Below are positions 1 to 9,757 of a DNA stretch of 64,000 nt, piece by piece. The notes under the pieces were generated by a model. It had not been told where the DNA came from and did no database searches. It saw only the letters and a program-made list of their open reading frames with translations. The translations under genes and the position numbers were made by a program. This DNA comes from Rickettsiales bacterium (lineage in GTDB: Bacteria > Pseudomonadota > Alphaproteobacteria > Rickettsiales > UBA998): contig CBDFKY010000005.1 in the NCBI GenBank assembly GCA_965248995.1, positions 172,719-236,718 on the forward strand, in the 5' to 3' direction. Each line of letters starts with the position of its first letter. Position 1 is the stretch's first letter.

Positions 1-605
1 TTCTGGCAATTCTGGTGCCTCTGTGGCTCGGAAAAGCGATTCTGACCAGCAACATCAAGAAGCGTAACGATAAATTCATCGCCATGTTTCCGGATGTACT
101 GGATATGATCGTACGCAGCGTCCGCTCGGGTTTTCCCATCAACAGCGCCATCAATATGGTTTCCGAAAATATGGAGGAACCGGTGCGTGGAGAGTTCCGC
201 CAGGTAGCGGATGAACTGGCACTCGGACGCCCTCTTAACGAAGCGCTGACCCGTCTGGCGACGCGTATTGAAGAGCAGGACATCCGTTTTTTCGTTGTAG
301 TACTTAAAATTCAGCAGGAAACCGGTGGTAACCTGGGGGAAATTATCAGCAACCTGTCGGGCGTCATTCGTAAGCGTAAACAGCTGCGTCAGAAAATTCG
401 CGCCATGACCTCGGAAGGCCGTGTCACGGGCTATATTCTGAGCGCGATTCCTATCGCGCTGTTCTGTATACTGCTGTATCTTGCACCCAAGCATCTGGAA
501 CCTTTGTTCACGACGACACAGGGCAATGTCATCCTGGCGATTGCAGCCGGCATGATCGTCGTAGCGCAGATCATCGTCAGAAGAATGGTCCAGATCGACA
601 TTTAA
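1..605 (+). CDS. tadB: Tad/Flp pilus assembly inner-membrane protein TadB (type II secretion system F family); 5' end outside the window
   Basis: The frame is open to the window edge. The sequence is GspF/TadB-type with C-terminal TM helices and is followed directly by the paralogous TadC-type ORF. Confidence 0.7.
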   Translation, partial: LAILVPLWLGKAILTSNIKKRNDKFIAMFPDVLDMIVRSVRSGFPINSAINMVSENMEEPVRGEFRQVADELALGRPLNEALTRLATRIEEQDIRFFVVVLKIQQETGGNLGEIISNLSGVIRKRKQLRQKIRAMTSEGRVTGYILSAIPIALFCILLYLAPKHLEPLFTTTQGNVILAIAAGMIVVAQIIVRRMVQIDI

Positions 606-625
606 GAGAAATCAGGAATATCGCC

Positions 626-1585
626 ATGTTAGAGAACCCCAATATTTTTATCGCCGCATTTATCGGGCTGGTGTTTTTCGTCCTCTATTTGTTTATCGAC
701 AAGACCATCACGCGAAGCCAGAAGCTCAAGCGCATCGAACGTGATGCCAGGCTGACCAGCAACTATGATGAAATGGGCTACAGTCAGGATCTGACGTCGC
801 CCATCGAACTTGAACAGGAAATGTCTTTATCCACCAAAGCGATGGATCAATTCATGCGGGTGCTCGGTATTGATGTCGACCGCAATATGAAGACGCTTCG
901 TCCCGAAGTGACGCAGGCGGGCCTGGATGTCACCAATGCGCCCGTCACTCTGCTTTTTTATCGCCGCATTGCCGCTCCCATCGTGACGCTTATCGGTATA
1001 TTGCTGCTTTTGAAAGGTGAGGAATGGCTTTATTACATCTCCGGTGGATTATTTCTGGTGTGCGGGCTGTTCGGCGCCCAGCTATATGTTTCGAACTGTA
1101 CCCAGAAACGTAAGAAATCGTTGCTTCGTTCCTTTCCAGATGGTCTGGATCTGATGGTGGTGTGCGTGGAATCCGGACTGGCCTTAGATGCTGCCGTCAA
1201 TCGGGTCTGCGTGGAACTGGGGTATGCGCATCCGGCGCTGGCCAAAGAACTGAACCGTACGCGGCTGGAGCTCGCGTTGCTCAACAACCGTTCCCAAGCA
1301 TTATCCAACCTCGCGGAGCGCACCGATCTCGTCGCGTTTCGCTCACTGGTCGCCGCCCTGATCCAGACGGAACGCTTCGGCACCAACCTGACCGACACCC
1401 TGAGGGTTCTCTCTGATGATTACCGGCAGTCACGCCTGATGCTCGCGGAAGAAAAAGCGGGGCGTCTGCCGGCATTGATGGCTATCCCCCTCGTCACGCT
1501 GTTACTGCCCGCATTCATTCTGGTGATTCTCGGCCCGCCGTTTATCCAGTTGAAGGCGCAGGGCGGTATCTTCGGAGACAAATGA
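626..1585 (+). CDS. tadC: Tad/Flp pilus assembly inner-membrane protein TadC (type II secretion system F family)
   Basis: 319-aa ORF with an N-terminal TM segment, a GspF-like domain (ELNRTRLELALLNNRSQAL...ERFGTNL) and C-terminal TM helices. It is paired with tadB. Confidence 0.7.
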   Translation: MLENPNIFIAAFIGLVFFVLYLFIDKTITRSQKLKRIERDARLTSNYDEMGYSQDLTSPIELEQEMSLSTKAMDQFMRVLGIDVDRNMKTLRPEVTQAGLDVTNAPVTLLFYRRIAAPIVTLIGILLLLKGEEWLYYISGGLFLVCGLFGAQLYVSNCTQKRKKSLLRSFPDGLDLMVVCVESGLALDAAVNRVCVELGYAHPALAKELNRTRLELALLNNRSQALSNLAERTDLVAFRSLVAALIQTERFGTNLTDTLRVLSDDYRQSRLMLAEEKAGRLPALMAIPLVTLLLPAFILVILGPPFIQLKAQGGIFGDK

Positions 1586-1592
1586 TCACGCG

Positions 1593-3005
1593 ATGACGGA
1601 AGCGGCTTCCATTACTTATCGCTCGACGCGAGGTCTATCCCCGGAACTTTCGTTTGAAGAGGTTTTACTTGCCGGCCTGGCGCCTGACGGGGGATTGTAT
1701 GTCCCCTCCCATCTTCCCTTTTTCAACCCGTCAGCATTGGTAAAAATGGCATCGCTGCCTTATGCGCAACTGGCCGAACGTATTCTCGCCCCTTTCATAG
1801 GCGATACATTATCCGGGGAAGAGCTGCGGGAAGCGATTGGCGAAAGCTACGCAACGTTCCGCCATGCCGCCGTGACTCCTCTTAAACAGTTGGGGCATAA
1901 CGAGTATCTGCTGGAACTGTTTCATGGCCCTACGTTGGCCTTCAAGGATGTCGCTCTGCAGTTTCTCGGCCGACTTATGGAGCACGTGCTGAAGAAACGC
2001 GATAAGAAACTGGTCATCATCGGTGCGACTTCAGGCGATACGGGTTCCGCCGCCATCGCAGGCTGCCAGGGCAGAGACCGGATGGACATGGTGATTCTCT
2101 ATCCGCATGGCCGTGTTTCCGACGTGCAGCGCCGCCAGATGACCACCGTGGAAGACGCCAACGTCCATTGCCTTGCCATTGACGGCACCTTCGACGACTG
2201 CCAGCATATCGTCAAAGCGCTTCTGGTCGACAAGGCCTTTCTGAGCGACCATCCGCTCGGTGCGGTCAATTCGATCAACTGGACACGCATCATCGCCCAG
2301 ATCGTCTATTATTTTTATGCCGCCTTTCAGCTGGGTGCGCCCAGCCGCAACATCAGTTTTTCCGTTCCTACCGGAAATTTCGGGGATATTTACGCCGGAT
2401 ACCTGGCCAAACGGATGGGGCTGCCGCTGGATAAGCTGATAATCGCAAGCAACAGCAACGATATTCTGACGCGCTGCCTGGAAACCGGCACTTACGAGAT
2501 ACGCGACGTCGTCAAAACGCTCAGTCCCAGTATGGATATCGGCATCTCCAGTAATTTTGAACGGGTTCTGCATGATCTTTATGAGGGTGATACGGAAACG
2601 GTGCGTACACATATGGCCTCCATGCAGACTTCACGTTCTTTTACTCTTTCGCCTCAGGCCCACGCCCGCTTAAGCCGCGATTTCGCGGCCATGCGCGCGC
2701 ATGATGAGATGACGACAGACACCATCCGCCTTGTGTATGAGCGCACCGGCGAACTGGTGGATCCTCATACTGCCATCGGTATACGGGCGGTGCATGACAC
2801 TGCGCGCAAAGCCGACACCGCATATGTGACACTGGCAACCGCGCATCCCGCAAAATTTCCGGACGCGGTGATGAAAGCCACGGGCCAGTATCCCGCTTTG
2901 CCGGAGCATCTCACCGATTTATTTGAACGGCCTGAGCGTTTCACCCGTGTGAGTAACGACATCGAAGCCGTCAAATCGTTTATTGCGGCGCTTTCAGAAA
3001 GCTGA
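1593..3005 (+). CDS. thrC: threonine synthase
   Basis: 470 aa. It has the PLP-lysine motif PTLAFKDVALQF and the phosphate loop ATSGDTGSAA typical of ThrC. Confidence 0.9.
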   Translation: MTEAASITYRSTRGLSPELSFEEVLLAGLAPDGGLYVPSHLPFFNPSALVKMASLPYAQLAERILAPFIGDTLSGEELREAIGESYATFRHAAVTPLKQLGHNEYLLELFHGPTLAFKDVALQFLGRLMEHVLKKRDKKLVIIGATSGDTGSAAIAGCQGRDRMDMVILYPHGRVSDVQRRQMTTVEDANVHCLAIDGTFDDCQHIVKALLVDKAFLSDHPLGAVNSINWTRIIAQIVYYFYAAFQLGAPSRNISFSVPTGNFGDIYAGYLAKRMGLPLDKLIIASNSNDILTRCLETGTYEIRDVVKTLSPSMDIGISSNFERVLHDLYEGDTETVRTHMASMQTSRSFTLSPQAHARLSRDFAAMRAHDEMTTDTIRLVYERTGELVDPHTAIGIRAVHDTARKADTAYVTLATAHPAKFPDAVMKATGQYPALPEHLTDLFERPERFTRVSNDIEAVKSFIAALSES

Positions 3006-3336
3006 AGGTACTATCCAGTCCCCCGGTACACCGATTGTAGGTCAGCACCATGTAATCCCCGTTCGGTTTCCGTATCGTCGCACTGATATGCGTATCCGAA
3101 AGATACAGGGGCTGAACGACAACCCCCTCAGGCAACGAAATGCTCTCTGTATTTTTTATACAGGTCGACGTCACAGGTTTCTGCAGACCCGTATGGTCCC
3201 TGCCCTCCTGCTCGATTTTGCGAAATCCGGCATAAACCAGAACCAGCACGCCGCCGATCAGCACCACCCCCATCGCTGACACCATCAGCTTCATCCCGCG
3301 CATGGAATCATCAGGAGTCGGAGGCTTCACACTCAT
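2980..3336 (-). CDS. small membrane protein of unknown function
   Basis: I chose the internal Met (MSVKPP...) because its ATG overlaps the eda stop in an ATGA junction at 3333-3336. There is one clear TM helix (LMVSAMGVVLIGGVLVLVYAGF). I do not recognise a family. Confidence 0.4.
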   Translation of the reverse strand: MSVKPPTPDDSMRGMKLMVSAMGVVLIGGVLVLVYAGFRKIEQEGRDHTGLQKPVTSTCIKNTESISLPEGVVVQPLYLSDTHISATIRKPNGDYMVLTYNRCTGGLDSTFSFLKAPQ

Positions 3337-3971
3337 GCCGCTTTCGGCCGCAGAGCGGCGATGCTCCGCTTCGCGATGGCAGTAATCCCTTTCCAGTCTT
3401 TCGCAGCGATCAGTTCTTTCGGGGTGATCCATGATCCGCCAATGGCAAAGATGGATTTAAGCACCGCATATTCCTGCATATTGCTTTCATCGATCCCGCC
3501 GGTGGGGCAGAATTTCAATTGCGGAAAAACGGAAGCGAACTGTTTCAGCATGGGAACTCCTCCTAACAAGGAAGCCGGGAAAAATTTCATATGGTCCGCG
3601 CCGTATTCCATGGCTGTCAGGATATTCGTCGCATTGGCCACACCCGGCAGCCACTGAATACCGTTTTCCTTGGCATACAGCGCCATCAAAGGAGTCATTC
3701 CCGGACTCACCTGAAAGACCGCTCCCGCATCGCAGGCGGAACGCATCTGCGCAACGGAAGTGATGGTGCCGGCACCGTTCAGAATCGAAGGAACATGCCG
3801 AGCCACTTCGGCAATCGCCGTTAGTCCGGCTTCGGTACGCAACGTGATTTCAATTGATTTGACCCCACCTTCCAGCAATGCCTCCGCGAGAGGAACGGCA
3901 TCCTGTGCATGTTCAAGCACGACGACCGGGACAAATGAAAAGGAAGGAAACAGCTCACCAATTGCGTTCAT
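3333..3971 (-). CDS. eda: 2-keto-3-deoxy-6-phosphogluconate / 4-hydroxy-2-oxoglutarate aldolase
   Basis: KDPG-aldolase-like sequence (VPVVVLEH...GGVKSIEITLRT...GAGTI...FKFCPTGGI). The start is placed at the internal ATG (MNAIGELF). Confidence 0.85.
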   Translation of the reverse strand: MNAIGELFPSFSFVPVVVLEHAQDAVPLAEALLEGGVKSIEITLRTEAGLTAIAEVARHVPSILNGAGTITSVAQMRSACDAGAVFQVSPGMTPLMALYAKENGIQWLPGVANATNILTAMEYGADHMKFFPASLLGGVPMLKQFASVFPQLKFCPTGGIDESNMQEYAVLKSIFAIGGSWITPKELIAAKDWKGITAIAKRSIAALRPKAA

Positions 3972-4105
3972 ATGATATCCAAATGATTGCTTATAGTGCT
4001 TTATATAGGATTTGAAAAGCAATGAATGTTATGAACGCATAGAGGCGCAATCCTATTTAGCACTTGCCACCCCTCGTGGAATTTGATAGCAGTGAATGTC
4101 GTTTC

Positions 4106-4182
4106 GGCGGGGTAGCTCAGTTGGTTAGAGCAGCGGAATCATAATCCGCGTGTCGGGGGTTCAAATCCCTCTCCCGCTACCA
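4106..4182 (+). tRNA. tRNA with CAT anticodon (elongator Met or lysidine-modified Ile2); CCA encoded
   Basis: Cloverleaf folded by hand. Acceptor GGCGGGG/TCCCGCT, D arm GCTC-AGTTGGTTA-GAGC, anticodon arm GCGGA-ATCATAA-TCCGC, T arm GGGGG-TTCAAAT-CCCTC, then discriminator A and CCA. Confidence 0.9.
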
Positions 4183-4193
4183 TATTTTTCAAT
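4138..4193 (+). repeat. attL: 56-bp direct repeat (last 45 nt of the tRNA plus 11 nt downstream)
   Basis: The sequence atcataatccgcgtgtcgggggttcaaatccctctcccgctaccatatttttcaat is identical to 18652-18707. Confidence 0.9.
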
Positions 4194-4228
4194 GGGTTAG
4201 AACGATTTTGAAATCAGGATTTTTCTCT

Positions 4229-4254
4229 TCTGTGTAATTCCTGTGTAATCGTGC
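4229..4254 (+). repeat. 26-bp element with tandem CTGTGTAAT half-sites; candidate integrase arm-type site (integrase-proximal arm)
   Basis: tctgtgtaattcctgtgtaatcgtgc is identical to 18502-18527. Both copies lie just inside the island ends. Confidence 0.6.
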
Positions 4255-4265
4255 AATTTTCGTCA

Positions 4266-5399
4266 TCACGCCTTGATAAGGTATCGTGCTTCCAGTTTAT
4301 CCATTGCCGCCTGAATATGCGCCCCGTTCTGGTGGCTATACCGTTCTACCATCTGCATGGTTTTATGCCCTGAAATCCGTTTAACGGTTGGCAAATCCAC
4401 GCCCGCCTGTACCAAGTGCGTGATGGCGGTATGACGTAGCGTATGGCGCACCACAACACGCGGATCAAGCCCTGCCTTAGTTACTACCCGCGTCCAAGGT
4501 TTTTCAATGTTCATGGTATGCCCACTACGGGCTGCAATAGCAGGGAAAAGCCATTCCTGCCCTGCACCTGCAATTTCTATATATCCCTTCAAGAATTGCG
4601 CTAAATGCTGAGTGATAGGCTGTTGTCGTGCCCCCGCCTTTGCTTCTGGTATGAAAATCATCATTTTATCCAAGTCTATATGCTCAATACGGATGGATAA
4701 AATCTCTGAACGACGCATGGCAGTTGCCAGACCGATAACAATAAAGGGGTAAATGTGAGGGTTCTGATCCTCTTTTGCCGCCTCTAACAGGGCGTGTGCC
4801 TGTTCTGTCGTAAGGTAGGTAATTCGTGCTCTTTCTTCTTTCAGTTGCCTGATATTGCAAGGCTTATGATCCAGCCACCGCCATTCCATCGCTTTATAGA
4901 GCATATGAGAGAGTGCCGCTAATTCCCGATTAATCGTACCATGTGCCGCCTTTTCTTCCAAACGGTGCTTTTTATATCGTTCAATGTCAAATGTGGTAAG
5001 CTGTGCGAGTGACTTTGTCTTGAAAAAAGGGATGACGTGCTGATTCAGGCGGTGCGTCTTTGATTTTATATCCTTGCCCCCTTCCTCTTTGAGTTTTGCA
5101 AGATATTGTTCCACTGCCTTATCAACCATAAGCGTGGTTTTCCTGCCCTTGGGTAGATTCAACCTCCCTTCTTTGGCATCCATTCTTGCTTTTTCAATGA
5201 ACTCTTCCGCTTGAGTGCGGGTTGTGCCGTCTGATTCCTTGCCTATCACTCGATGGATGCGCTGACCATCCACCATGACATTAACAGAATAACGACCATC
5301 ACCATTTGCAAGACGTTCAAAGGTAATGCCATGTTCCTGTAGCTTTTGACCTCCTTCCAGTTTTCGTGAGGCTTGACGGGTGAGAGTAACAAACTTCAT
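4266..5399 (-). CDS. tyrosine-type site-specific integrase
   Basis: 377 aa. The C-terminal catalytic region has RRSEIL...HTLRHTAITHLVQAG...GHKTMQMVERYSH (R..HxxR..Y pattern). It lies next to the tRNA att site. Confidence 0.9.
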   Translation of the reverse strand: MKFVTLTRQASRKLEGGQKLQEHGITFERLANGDGRYSVNVMVDGQRIHRVIGKESDGTTRTQAEEFIEKARMDAKEGRLNLPKGRKTTLMVDKAVEQYLAKLKEEGGKDIKSKTHRLNQHVIPFFKTKSLAQLTTFDIERYKKHRLEEKAAHGTINRELAALSHMLYKAMEWRWLDHKPCNIRQLKEERARITYLTTEQAHALLEAAKEDQNPHIYPFIVIGLATAMRRSEILSIRIEHIDLDKMMIFIPEAKAGARQQPITQHLAQFLKGYIEIAGAGQEWLFPAIAARSGHTMNIEKPWTRVVTKAGLDPRVVVRHTLRHTAITHLVQAGVDLPTVKRISGHKTMQMVERYSHQNGAHIQAAMDKLEARYLIKA

Positions 5400-5401
5400 G
5401 T

Positions 5402-5926
5402 TTATTGCCCTCCTTGCACTTTACCATTTTGCTTTTTGGTAAGGCGCGGTGGCTTGGGTAACGCATCCTTTCCTAATTCACCATTTGCAACTTTTTTGAA
5501 AGTATCAAAATGCTCTCTAAGACCCTCTCTCATTTTTTGATGATAAATATGCGGATTTTCATCATTTTTTAGATGAAGAAAACTATCACTAAGTGCATGG
5601 AAATAATCACTTTCAATAATTATTTTTATCAGCTTTTCTTCCTCAAAGTTCATTAGATTACGCCTACACGTTGCTAATTGATACAATCTATCGGATTCTT
5701 CCACATCCCATAAAAACTCCAGAAGATTAAGTTCTTTCCCTTGTTCATCGTAAAGCCCTTCAGCAGTGTCATGAATCGCTTTCTGTAAAGCCCATTCAAC
5801 TACAGAAGAAATGGTACGACGTTGCTTGCGTGCCAAAAGTTCTAAGCCATATCTGATTTTAGGTTCAAGCCGTACCGTAATGCTTTCCGCCTTCGGTTGG
5901 TTTGAGCTATTTGCCTTGCGTGCCAT
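5402..5926 (-). CDS. ribbon-helix-helix-like DNA-binding protein with an unknown C-terminal domain
   Basis: N-terminal ITVRLEPKIRYGLELLARKQRRTISSVVEWALQKAI looks like a CopG/Arc-type RHH. The gene ends 2 nt before the integrase start codon. Confidence 0.45.
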   Translation of the reverse strand: MARKANSSNQPKAESITVRLEPKIRYGLELLARKQRRTISSVVEWALQKAIHDTAEGLYDEQGKELNLLEFLWDVEESDRLYQLATCRRNLMNFEEEKLIKIIIESDYFHALSDSFLHLKNDENPHIYHQKMREGLREHFDTFKKVANGELGKDALPKPPRLTKKQNGKVQGGQ

Positions 5927-6078
5927 AATGTATCCTTAACGTCAAAAGTTCTATATAATGCCATATCCTTCTTACACCGATTCAATAACTTGTGTAAAGG
6001 ACAAAATTGGATTATGTCTTTCCTTGTAAGACGATATTTATCGTAATTTTTATATCCAATGCAGGAAATGTATACACA

Positions 6079-6309
6079 ATGCAACAAACGACTCACTCTG
6101 TTTTCATTTTTCCTGATGGAAGAATGGATACACAAAATGCGGCTACTTATTTAGGATTAGCCGTCAAAACTCTCGCCATGATGCGTTCCAGCGGGACAAG
6201 TCCTAAGTTTATCAAACGCGGCAAAGTGTTTTATTACCAGAATGATCTGGATGAATGGTTGCTTCAAGGTGGCAAATGCACAAGCACTGCACAGCAACGG
6301 ATGCAGTAA
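6079..6309 (+). CDS. AlpA/excisionase-family helix-turn-helix protein
   Basis: NAATYLGLAVKTLAMMRSSGTSPKFIKRGKVFYYQNDLDEWL matches the HTH_17/AlpA pattern. The start is set at the internal ATG (MQQTTHS). Confidence 0.7.
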   Translation: MQQTTHSVFIFPDGRMDTQNAATYLGLAVKTLAMMRSSGTSPKFIKRGKVFYYQNDLDEWLLQGGKCTSTAQQRMQ

Positions 6310-6310
6310 G

Positions 6311-7198
6311 ATGCGTGATAGTTTACACCACGCTGCACTTGCATATGCAGCGGCGGGTTATGCTGTGTTCCCTTGTGTGCCAAGGAGCAAAAAACCGCTC
6401 ACATCCAACGGCTTTAAGGACGCGACAACTAACACGGCAATCATCAATGGTTGGTGGCAGAAATGCCCTTCTGCCAATGTTGCAATGGCTATGGGTGTGA
6501 AGTCTGGGGCATGGGTGCTTGATGTTGATTCACCAGAAGGGCAGGCATGGCTGGACGCGCAAAAAAGTTTGCCGATTACCCCCTTACAGCGTACTTACAA
6601 GGGGCAGCATCTTTTTTTTGCCATGCAGGAAGGGCAGGAATTACGCAATACGGCAAAGCGTGTTAAGGGCATAGATACAAGGGGCAATGGCGGCTATATT
6701 ATGCTCGCCCCTTCCATTCACCCCGACACAGGCAAGCCCTACACTTGGGAGCGTTCCTTGCTGGACTACCTCTTGCAACCTGCCCCTAATAGCTTGATTG
6801 CCGCCATTTACCCCCCACCAAAACCGATGCAGCCATATGCACCGTGTCGATTGCGGGATGATTCCAGCGGTTCACGCTACGGGTTGAAAGCATTGGAGAA
6901 TCAATGCAACACCATTGCACAAGCCCCGTCTGGTACTCAAAATCACGCGCTCAACAAAGGGACTTTCCTCATTGGAAAATTGGTGGGAGGTGGTGAACTT
7001 TCTATTTCCTGTGCCTTTCAATCATTAGTGAGGGCGGGGCTAATGATGCAGCCAAGTGCGGAAGTATGGACGCAAGCGCAGGTGGAGAAAATTGTCAAAG
7101 CCGCCCTGAAAGCGGGTGCGATGCAGCCTAAAAAAGCCTCACCGCATTCCAGAAAATTCACAAAGAAAAACCCCCTTGCCAAAGGGGTTCAAAGGTAA
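6311..7198 (+). CDS. bifunctional DNA primase/polymerase (PrimPol) N-terminal domain protein
   Basis: AAAGYAVFPCVPRSKKPLTSNGFKDATTN...GWW...VLDVDSPEG...IDTRGNGGYIMLAPSIHPDTGKPYTW. The ATG lies 1 nt after the preceding stop. Confidence 0.8.
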   Translation: MRDSLHHAALAYAAAGYAVFPCVPRSKKPLTSNGFKDATTNTAIINGWWQKCPSANVAMAMGVKSGAWVLDVDSPEGQAWLDAQKSLPITPLQRTYKGQHLFFAMQEGQELRNTAKRVKGIDTRGNGGYIMLAPSIHPDTGKPYTWERSLLDYLLQPAPNSLIAAIYPPPKPMQPYAPCRLRDDSSGSRYGLKALENQCNTIAQAPSGTQNHALNKGTFLIGKLVGGGELSISCAFQSLVRAGLMMQPSAEVWTQAQVEKIVKAALKAGAMQPKKASPHSRKFTKKNPLAKGVQR

Positions 7199-7203
7199 AA
7201 ATC

Positions 7204-8796
7204 ATGTTTAATCATAGCACTAATCTACAGACAGAATCAACCGAAAACCATGTACATGAGGCGATTGATAACGCTGAATATGACCCAGATGCAGCGCCAC
7301 CTGAAGAGCATTCCTACGATTCACTCATGGCGCGAGCAGAGAGTTTTACGCCTGAGACCAGCCCTGAGGAAATAGGTGCATTGCTCAAGGATACAGAGGG
7401 GCTGGACAGGCTTTCGTTAGAACGCCTCCGCAAAGTACTCAAAAAAAACACAGGCACAACCATAAGCGCAATGAAGGGCTTTATCGCTGACGAACGCGAG
7501 GAAGGTGATGTGCAGGATGACCCTGACGATTTAGAAATGGCGCGGGAAATTATTGAGTCACTTGGGAAAGAAAACCTGCTTGGCACCACCGCGCATGTGT
7601 GGCGGTGGGATGAAAAAGGGGTATGGCTTACCCGTGAGGATCGGGAGGTCAAGCAATGGGTGCAGCATGGGCTGGAGCGCATTGGTTACGCTGTCAAGAG
7701 TCATGTGGTGAATGGGGTGGTGGATGTACTAAAAACAGAAATACATGCCCCTGACCAGCAATGGAATAAGAATAACGAGATTATAACTTTTATTAACGGT
7801 GCATTACATTGGGAAGGTGGAAAATGGATACTGAAACCGCACGAGCGAGAGGATTATTGCACCACCCAGATTCCCCACGCGTATAACGTAAAAGCAACTT
7901 GCCCCCGCTTTATCCAGTTTCTACCAGAGATTTTCAGAGATGATAGTGACGGGAAAGACAAAGCCCTCCTGATTTTAGAATTGATCGGATACAGCATGGT
8001 AGCCCATGCCAATTTTGAGACTTTTGTATTACTGATTGGATCGGGTGCGAATGGTAAGAGTGTGTTGCTGTATGTCATCATGATGTTGGTTGGAAAGGTG
8101 AATGTATCGGCGGTGCAGCCAGCACAATTCAGCCATAAGTTTCAGCGGGCGCATTTGCATATGAAACTGGTGAATCTGGTGACAGAAATTGCAGAAGGTG
8201 GCGAAATTGCCGATGCAGAATTGAAAGCGATTACATCAGGCGAATTGACCACCGCAGAGCATAAGAATAAGCCGCCGTTTGACTTCATTCCCTATTGTAC
8301 CTGTTGGTTTGGCACGAACCACTTACCTCATACACGGGACTTTTCCGATGCATTATTCAGACGGGCAAAGGTGATTCAATTCAACCGCGTATTTGCCGAA
8401 GCAGAGCGTGACCCACAGCTTAAGGCAACGCTGGCAACAGAGATTGAGGGCATTATTGCGCTGGCACTACAGGCATATGCAGGGGTAATACAGCGCGGTG
8501 GAGTCTTTACTGAACCTGCAAGCTGCAAAACTGCCAAGCAGGAATGGCGCAAGGAAGCCGATCAGGTGGCGCAATTTATAGAGGAAAAATGCGAACTTAC
8601 CCCTGATTCCACCATGCTTTCCAGTGACCTCTATATGGCTTACGATAACTGGACGCGGGGCGCAGGCATTACCCGCAAGCTGAACCGTAAAAACTTCACT
8701 AACCGCATGGAGCGATTAGGCGCAACACCCCGCAAAGGCACAAAAGGGGTACGGCTTATTGCAGGCATTCGTTTAATTGAGGAGTCGGACTTATGA
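7204..8796 (+). CDS. phage/plasmid primase, P4-family C-terminal (D5-type SF3 helicase/NTPase) protein
   Basis: 530 aa. Walker A is LLIGSGANGKSVLL, and the D5_N/P4-primase-like context continues with LVNLVTE...WFGTNHLP...RRAKVIQF. Confidence 0.8.
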   Translation: MFNHSTNLQTESTENHVHEAIDNAEYDPDAAPPEEHSYDSLMARAESFTPETSPEEIGALLKDTEGLDRLSLERLRKVLKKNTGTTISAMKGFIADEREEGDVQDDPDDLEMAREIIESLGKENLLGTTAHVWRWDEKGVWLTREDREVKQWVQHGLERIGYAVKSHVVNGVVDVLKTEIHAPDQQWNKNNEIITFINGALHWEGGKWILKPHEREDYCTTQIPHAYNVKATCPRFIQFLPEIFRDDSDGKDKALLILELIGYSMVAHANFETFVLLIGSGANGKSVLLYVIMMLVGKVNVSAVQPAQFSHKFQRAHLHMKLVNLVTEIAEGGEIADAELKAITSGELTTAEHKNKPPFDFIPYCTCWFGTNHLPHTRDFSDALFRRAKVIQFNRVFAEAERDPQLKATLATEIEGIIALALQAYAGVIQRGGVFTEPASCKTAKQEWRKEADQVAQFIEEKCELTPDSTMLSSDLYMAYDNWTRGAGITRKLNRKNFTNRMERLGATPRKGTKGVRLIAGIRLIEESDL

Positions 8797-8911
8797 AATG
8801 GGTGGCGCAAGTGGCACGAGTGGCGCGACACTGCATCGCAGTCACTTCTGGGATGAAATACATATATCATCCGCTAAATAATGCCACTGGAAACGGCATT
8901 TATGCTTATAT

Positions 8912-9292
8912 GTGTTTACTACAGAAGGGCGTGCGATGAAAAGTCGCGCCACTCACGCCATTCACGCCACGGGTGATTGTGGATTGCTGGAAGCATTGGA
9001 AAGTGCATTTGCCACGCCTTCGCTACCCAATCCCGATAATGCCACCCACGCAACCGCGCCTGACGTATATTATGGCATTTGGCAGGAACGCGCTGCAATC
9101 CTCACCTATGAGGCAGGGTACACTAAAGAAATAGCAGAAGCGGCGGCGGTGATTTTCTGCATCAGCCCACCCGCAGAAATTGACCTGAACGCGTGGCAGC
9201 ATGTCATGGATATTCTGGGACACGGGCTGGATGATTATGCGCGACAAACAACCTCACAAAACCTCACAAAAGGAACCCTAGATCATGACTGA
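8912..9292 (+). CDS. hypothetical island protein
   Basis: ORF only. It overlaps the next gene by 8 nt. I do not recognise a family. Confidence 0.35.
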   Translation: MFTTEGRAMKSRATHAIHATGDCGLLEALESAFATPSLPNPDNATHATAPDVYYGIWQERAAILTYEAGYTKEIAEAAAVIFCISPPAEIDLNAWQHVMDILGHGLDDYARQTTSQNLTKGTLDHD

Positions 9293-9755
9293 CAAAAAAC
9301 CTGCCAACAATACACCTGAAAATACAGGTCGAATACAGGTGGGGAAGTTTCAGCCTGGGCAATCGGGCAACCCAGCGGGGAAACCCAAAGGGGCGCGGCA
9401 TAAGGTAACGCTGGCAGTGCAGGCGTTACTGGAAGAGGAAGCCGAAGCCATATCGCGCAAGGCGATTGAACTGGCAAAAGCAGGCGATATGACGGCGATA
9501 CGGCTGGTACTGGAGCGGGTACTACCACCGCGCAAAGATGCACCTGTGCTTTTTACGATCCCCAAAGCCACCACCCCTGAAGAAATCAGCGCGGCGATGG
9601 ATGCACTGATTCAAGCGGTGGCAGGTGGCGAACTCACCCCGCAGGAAGGACATGCGATTGCTTCCTTGCTGGAAGGACAGCGGCGCATATTAGAAACCAC
9701 CCTGCTTGCCCGCAAAATGGATGCGCTGCAAGCCGTTATCGCGCAGAGGAAATAA
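9285..9755 (+). CDS. DUF5681-like protein (GQSGNPAGKPKG motif)
   Basis: The N-terminal motif FQPGQSGNPAGKPKGARHK is characteristic of a phage/island-associated family of unknown function. Confidence 0.5.
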   Translation: MTDKKPANNTPENTGRIQVGKFQPGQSGNPAGKPKGARHKVTLAVQALLEEEAEAISRKAIELAKAGDMTAIRLVLERVLPPRKDAPVLFTIPKATTPEEISAAMDALIQAVAGGELTPQEGHAIASLLEGQRRILETTLLARKMDALQAVIAQRK

Positions 9756-9757
9756 CC

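Noticed and set aside
6007-6310. Longer ORF-track starts for several genes (6007, 6242, 21871, 33069, 34658, 45732, 51537, 57444, 61807 and others).
   Set aside because: The upstream extensions overlap preceding genes or lack homology-like sequence. Internal ATGs give tight or overlapping junctions and family-typical N-termini, so the shorter models were used.
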